Source of the DNA: Verrucomicrobiales bacterium
GTDB lineage: Bacteria; Verrucomicrobiota; Verrucomicrobiia; Verrucomicrobiales; V1-33
Length of the DNA stretch: 64,000 nucleotides
Assembly: GCA_031411295.1 (NCBI GenBank)
Contig: JANOAV010000189.1
Location: 32,001-96,000 of the forward strand
Direction of reading: 5' to 3'
The notes beneath the pieces were generated by a model. The model ran no database searches. It worked only from the letters and a program-made list of their open reading frames with translations, and was not told the origin of the DNA. Positions 60,160 to 64,000 of this stretch are shown piece after piece. A program made the position numbers and the translations under genes. Every line of letters starts with the position of its first letter. Position 1 is the stretch's first letter.

Positions 60160-60768
60160 TCAAACAGCCCAGTCGGCCGCATCGTCGTATTCGGCCCTAG
60201 TGGATTTCACGGAGATGTGGCAGTGTTCCTCGTGCGGGTTGGTGCCGTTGTATTTACGCCAAGCCCACGGCTTGGCAGTGCCAATGGCTCCAGAGTTGGC
60301 GATGCGGCGATTCGAGATGATGTATTTGACCCGTGAGTCTTGAGACTTGCGGATGGTCTCCGCCAGCGCACCAGCGTCCGGGCCAGTCTTGGGATCATGA
60401 GTGATGTCTAATGCGGTGACGACACCTTCATCCACCCACGGGTTATGATCAGAGTTCCGGTTCTGGTGACTCGTGTCGCCGATGGTGCCATCATTGCCTT
60501 TCTTACGGTTCGGCCATTTAGCATTGACTTGTTCCCGCAGCCTAAGTAGAGCCTTGGCCACACGCCAGTTATCATTTGCCGCACTGGCTTTCTTTACACC
60601 AAGACCAGATCCGACTGGGAGATGAGTGTGCTCTGGCGTTGTGGCATTAATACCGAGTTCCCGATTAGCTTCGCAGTCACACAAAACGAAGGACTTTTTT
60701 AATCTCTGCTCATCAACCGTAGGCTTCCAAATTGCTGGACGCTTGGATTTGTTTGCTTTTGAGGACAT
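60160..60768 (-). CDS. M15-like / phage-lysin-like peptidoglycan peptidase domain protein
   Basis: GTIGD..H...SDHNP, ALDIT, YIISNRRI and NPHEEHCHIS (H-D-H zinc set). Confidence 0.7.
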   Translation of the reverse strand: MSSKANKSKRPAIWKPTVDEQRLKKSFVLCDCEANRELGINATTPEHTHLPVGSGLGVKKASAANDNWRVAKALLRLREQVNAKWPNRKKGNDGTIGDTSHQNRNSDHNPWVDEGVVTALDITHDPKTGPDAGALAETIRKSQDSRVKYIISNRRIANSGAIGTAKPWAWRKYNGTNPHEEHCHISVKSTRAEYDDAADWAV

Positions 60769-60814
60769 AATATTATTTGTTGATTATTTAGGTCGGCTTC
60801 ACGTAGCGGAAAGC

Positions 60815-61522
60815 TTAAACATAAGCATACGCCAGCGTAGTGATGGAGCGCAGGCTGGTGGCTGTTTCCGGCCAGGGGTCCATGATGGCGTCGGGTCCAG
60901 TTAGGGTAGGGTTTTTACCGGGATGTGCCGTTTGCCACGTGGCCCATATTTTGTCGATCATTGCATGGTGGAGCCAGAAAATGGGGTCTGCGGGGGAGAC
61001 TGCGATGCGGGCCATGGCCTCGCGACGCCCGTTTACTACACCCAGTTCCATGTGCACTTCGCCATGCGGACCGCTTTCCAGCAAATCCGTAAATGGCGTG
61101 AAGGTGGTCTGGCTCATAATGTTTATTAGATTTTTACGGGCGGGGATGGATGCATTTCGTTTGACGATCACAGGGCCTTGGCCAGGCACGTTGACGGTGG
61201 GCTTGAAGTTGCGAATCCACGTCGGCACTGCGGTGCCCGCAGTCCAGTCGAAGTAGGGAATGAAGCAGAGTGGATCAATGGCTTGGAGCATGCGTTCGAA
61301 CTTCAGGAGGTAATCCCGATGCCACGGCAGGAAGCGCTGGGTGCCTACGTCAGGGGGCATGCCGGGGATGTGCATCCCGTGCATGTTGTGCCGCATGTCT
61401 CCGTGTATGGCCACCATTTTGCCATAGGGATTGGTGGGGGTGGCAAGCATGGTTGTGATAGCGTTGCGATACCGCGTCTGTTCGGCGGCGGTCATGGCGG
61501 TGGCGGATTTGCGATTGGTCAT
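60815..61522 (-). CDS. Tyrosinase family (type-3 copper) protein
   Basis: CuA: IH..., MHG, FLPWHR. CuB: PHGEVH, SPADPIFWLHH. Confidence 0.92.
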   Translation of the reverse strand: MTNRKSATAMTAAEQTRYRNAITTMLATPTNPYGKMVAIHGDMRHNMHGMHIPGMPPDVGTQRFLPWHRDYLLKFERMLQAIDPLCFIPYFDWTAGTAVPTWIRNFKPTVNVPGQGPVIVKRNASIPARKNLINIMSQTTFTPFTDLLESGPHGEVHMELGVVNGRREAMARIAVSPADPIFWLHHAMIDKIWATWQTAHPGKNPTLTGPDAIMDPWPETATSLRSITTLAYAYV

Positions 61523-61558
61523 GTGGTGGATATTTTTGAGTTAGTAAATGTAAAAATG

Positions 61559-63511
61559 CTAGACGTGCTTCCAAGGGCCGAAGGCGTTTTCCTGCCCTTC
61601 CAAAGCAGGGGCCAATTCCGGATAGTGCGCCAGGATAACGCGTTTCATGCTGCGCTCCCGGATCCAGGTCATGCCGGTGGCGGTGTAGGTTTCCTTCTTG
61701 AAATCCGAGCAGAAGAAACGATCACTGCTGAGGCGTCGGGATGCCATTAAGATGAAGACACGGAAGGCCGTGTCGCTAAATCCGAAGCCTCTTGGGAGCA
61801 CTTCTTTGGCTCCATTTTGTCGAGGATGGGCCTCGCAGAACATTCCCACCACCGTGTCCACTGCCTCCAAGTCATCCTCATACACTTCCTTGAGGTCACT
61901 GGCCAGGATGGGATCTCCTCCAGCTAGTTCCTCCCAAGAGGCCACAGGCTTAATGCGGAGGTGGCGGAGGAAATCGTTGTAGCGTGGCACGCCCCGCTCC
62001 CGGTCCCGGATGATGTCCACAGCGGCCAAGTCTAATTTCCGACGGATGCCGGTGGCTGGGTCTGGCGGCAGCTCCAAGTCACGCAAGAATTTCGGATAGT
62101 TGCGGATGGTGATGGCTCCTGGATGTGCCACGCCGAAGCTGTAGAGCGCATCCCGGAAGCTCTCCCGCTGCGTGAGCGGGGTGCGGGTGCGTTCGAAGGA
62201 AATATCGTGCATGGAATAATCCGTGCGATTCTGTGTCTTGAATTGTGTTATGCTAACGGAATCTGGAATCAATGGGTGTAATCGGTAAACGGTGGCAAAT
62301 TCCTCTGTTAGAGCGAAGGGAGCGCCATGATGATCCACCTCCCGTCCCGGGATGCCCGTGAGAAGTAGTTTTAGTGCTCCTGTCCAATTCGGGGTGATGA
62401 GATCCAGCCAACGTGAGAAGCGCTCCCCGAACAAATGGCCGGCTATCCCCATCCAGTTGGCATCCAGTGCTAGCTGAATGGACGGATGGCCAATGATGCC
62501 GGGAGTCCATTCTACGGTATGAATTTTGGCCATGACCGCACAGTTGATGAGGCGTGCCTTTTGATAGATTTGGTCGTCATCGAGCCCTTTTTCGTTTTGC
62601 GCCAGCGTCTGGCAAATGGCATTGTGCTCCAGGGCGAAGAGCGTGTGCAGCAGTTCCAGGCCCAGCCACCAATTCTCCGTCAATCCAGTTAGAGTCATGC
62701 TCGTGGCTGGGTTCACTGGCAGTAAGTGTGTTTTAGGATCAACGTAGAGCTGGCCCAGGGGGCAGAGGTTGCCATCAGGCGCGGTGCGCAGCAGACGATT
62801 TTCTTCCGGGGTGTCTCCGTAGATTTGGGAACCGTCCCACCACTGAGGATTTTTGTTTTGATAGGCAGGGTATTCTGCATCGTTGGGAATCGCTGGATTG
62901 ACGGCATCTGGCTTGGTGCGTGGGACTACCATTTCGCCATGCAACCAGTCACCCGATGGTGGCACGCGGATGTCTTTCCCTGCATCCAGCGGTTCATTTT
63001 CATGCAGCATCCAGTCATGGACTTGAAACTGAATCCACGCGGCTGCTAGCAAATTGACTGTTGTGGCGGGGATGAATTCCTGGCGTGCCATGAGGCGTTG
63101 ACTAATCAGCAAAGGGTCCGGCTTTAGCAGCTTGGCTGCGTCTTGGGCAGTAATGGTGCGGGGCACATTGCGACCAAAACGCGAGCCGCGGCAGCCCATG
63201 GCGCCATGGTTGGGATCGTTCTGCGTGCCGTTGGGCGTGCGGATTTTTAGAGCATCCGCACCGCTATGGAACGGACACCCTGGCTTCGGTTGCGTGAGAT
63301 CGCCATCCGTATCGTGGAGATTTTCCTCCCGTAAATCGATGCGCAGCCCCAGCAGGTTGAGCACGCCCAGCCACTTTTCCAGCCAACTGCCCTCCGGTCC
63401 CTGGCGATGCCAGGGCACAGTTTCATTGATGCGACGGTAGTGGGCCGCAAGTTTCCGGTCAATGAAGCGGGAGATGGCACCTTGGTTGCCTGTGTAACGT
63501 GGATCTTTCAT
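61559..63511 (-). CDS. Animal-type heme peroxidase / fatty-acid alpha-dioxygenase-like protein
   Basis: WIQFQVHDW, WWDGSQIYG, EHN, KIHTVEWTP, EEFATVYRLHPL (Tyr plus proximal His) and DRERGVPRYN motifs. Confidence 0.92.
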   Translation of the reverse strand: MKDPRYTGNQGAISRFIDRKLAAHYRRINETVPWHRQGPEGSWLEKWLGVLNLLGLRIDLREENLHDTDGDLTQPKPGCPFHSGADALKIRTPNGTQNDPNHGAMGCRGSRFGRNVPRTITAQDAAKLLKPDPLLISQRLMARQEFIPATTVNLLAAAWIQFQVHDWMLHENEPLDAGKDIRVPPSGDWLHGEMVVPRTKPDAVNPAIPNDAEYPAYQNKNPQWWDGSQIYGDTPEENRLLRTAPDGNLCPLGQLYVDPKTHLLPVNPATSMTLTGLTENWWLGLELLHTLFALEHNAICQTLAQNEKGLDDDQIYQKARLINCAVMAKIHTVEWTPGIIGHPSIQLALDANWMGIAGHLFGERFSRWLDLITPNWTGALKLLLTGIPGREVDHHGAPFALTEEFATVYRLHPLIPDSVSITQFKTQNRTDYSMHDISFERTRTPLTQRESFRDALYSFGVAHPGAITIRNYPKFLRDLELPPDPATGIRRKLDLAAVDIIRDRERGVPRYNDFLRHLRIKPVASWEELAGGDPILASDLKEVYEDDLEAVDTVVGMFCEAHPRQNGAKEVLPRGFGFSDTAFRVFILMASRRLSSDRFFCSDFKKETYTATGMTWIRERSMKRVILAHYPELAPALEGQENAFGPWKHV

Positions 63512-63704
63512 GGCGTTAGTCCTTGTAGTTATCATTAATGAATGCCGCCGACTCCGCTGCTTCATTGGCTTTTCGCTGGCTTACAGTAGGGCCGAAGGTT
63601 CCATCTTGAAAACAGAGCAGGCCCCAGCCGAAATTGCGCATATTAGTAAGAGTGGCTTGAGTTTCATGGTTAGTTAGTTGCTGGGCAGGGATCATGTGCT
63701 AGCC

Positions 63705-63998
63705 TCAAGAAATGCCCTTCAGTTCATTGAAGCGTGCGAAGGCGCGTTCCTTGATTTTGAGTTCAATGTTGGCGGGCGCGAGTTCAGCGCCAAAGGAACT
63801 GTGGGGGAAAACGAAGTAGAGCACGTCTTCGTCGATGCTAACGTCATGGATGAGCTTGCAGTGCCCGCTGCTGGATCGCTGGCAGGGATCGGGCGCGCGT
63901 GGCATTAGTTCCTCGTGCACGTGGATGGAACCCTCACCAATTTTATTTGGAGGTCCCATGTCGCCACAAATGGCCGCGCAGATTTCGTCCTGATAAAT
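63705..63998 (-). CDS. C-terminal part of a GH75 (chitosanase-like) protein, 5'-truncated by the window edge
   Basis: The frame is open to the window end and reads AAICGDMGPPNKIGEGSI...VLYFVFPHS, typical of the GH75 C-terminal half. Confidence 0.6.
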   Translation of the reverse strand: MYQDEICAAICGDMGPPNKIGEGSIHVHEELMPRAPDPCQRSSSGHCKLIHDVSIDEDVLYFVFPHSSFGAELAPANIELKIKERAFARFNELKGIS

Positions 63999-64000
63999 TA

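Overview
Chromosomal window from a GC-rich bacterium, most likely Verrucomicrobiota. The assignment is inferred from PEP-CTERM proteins, a lamin-tail/CotH giant protein and C-terminal 'DxDxDG..N..E(Y/W)A..T.P...(F/Y)YR' domains. From left to right: (1) the 3' part of gltB, an NHL protein, two unknown membrane proteins and a GH16 enzyme. (2) A ~21 kb copper/heavy-metal island, all on the minus strand, with a P-type ATPase, CopA-type ATPase, CusCBA-type RND pump, multicopper oxidase, DUF302, PocR-AraC regulator, CnrYXH-like ECF system and several tiny Met/His/Cys-rich lipoproteins (two are missing from the ORF track). It also carries signs of decay: an internally deleted GH130 gene, a premature amber stop, and AraC and excisionase relics. 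(3) A CotH kinase carrying four F-type lectin repeats, a nitrilase-family gene and yqgE/algH. (4) A six-gene cluster of ECF-like sigma, anti-sigma, TpsB, subtilase, exported TPR-CHAT protease and short TpsA. (5) A SurA-like PPIase, then a leader-peptide/structured-RNA region in front of an RbfA paralog and RtcB. (6) PEP-CTERM genes, DUF6580 and pdhAB. (7) A minus-strand accessory cluster, partly AT-richer, of GH75-like, heme dioxygenase, tyrosinase, M15-like peptidase, M4-like peptidase, MBL-fold hydrolase and alpha/beta hydrolase. The best candidates for undescribed systems are (4), (5) and (7). All family calls come from reading motifs by eye; no database searches were run.
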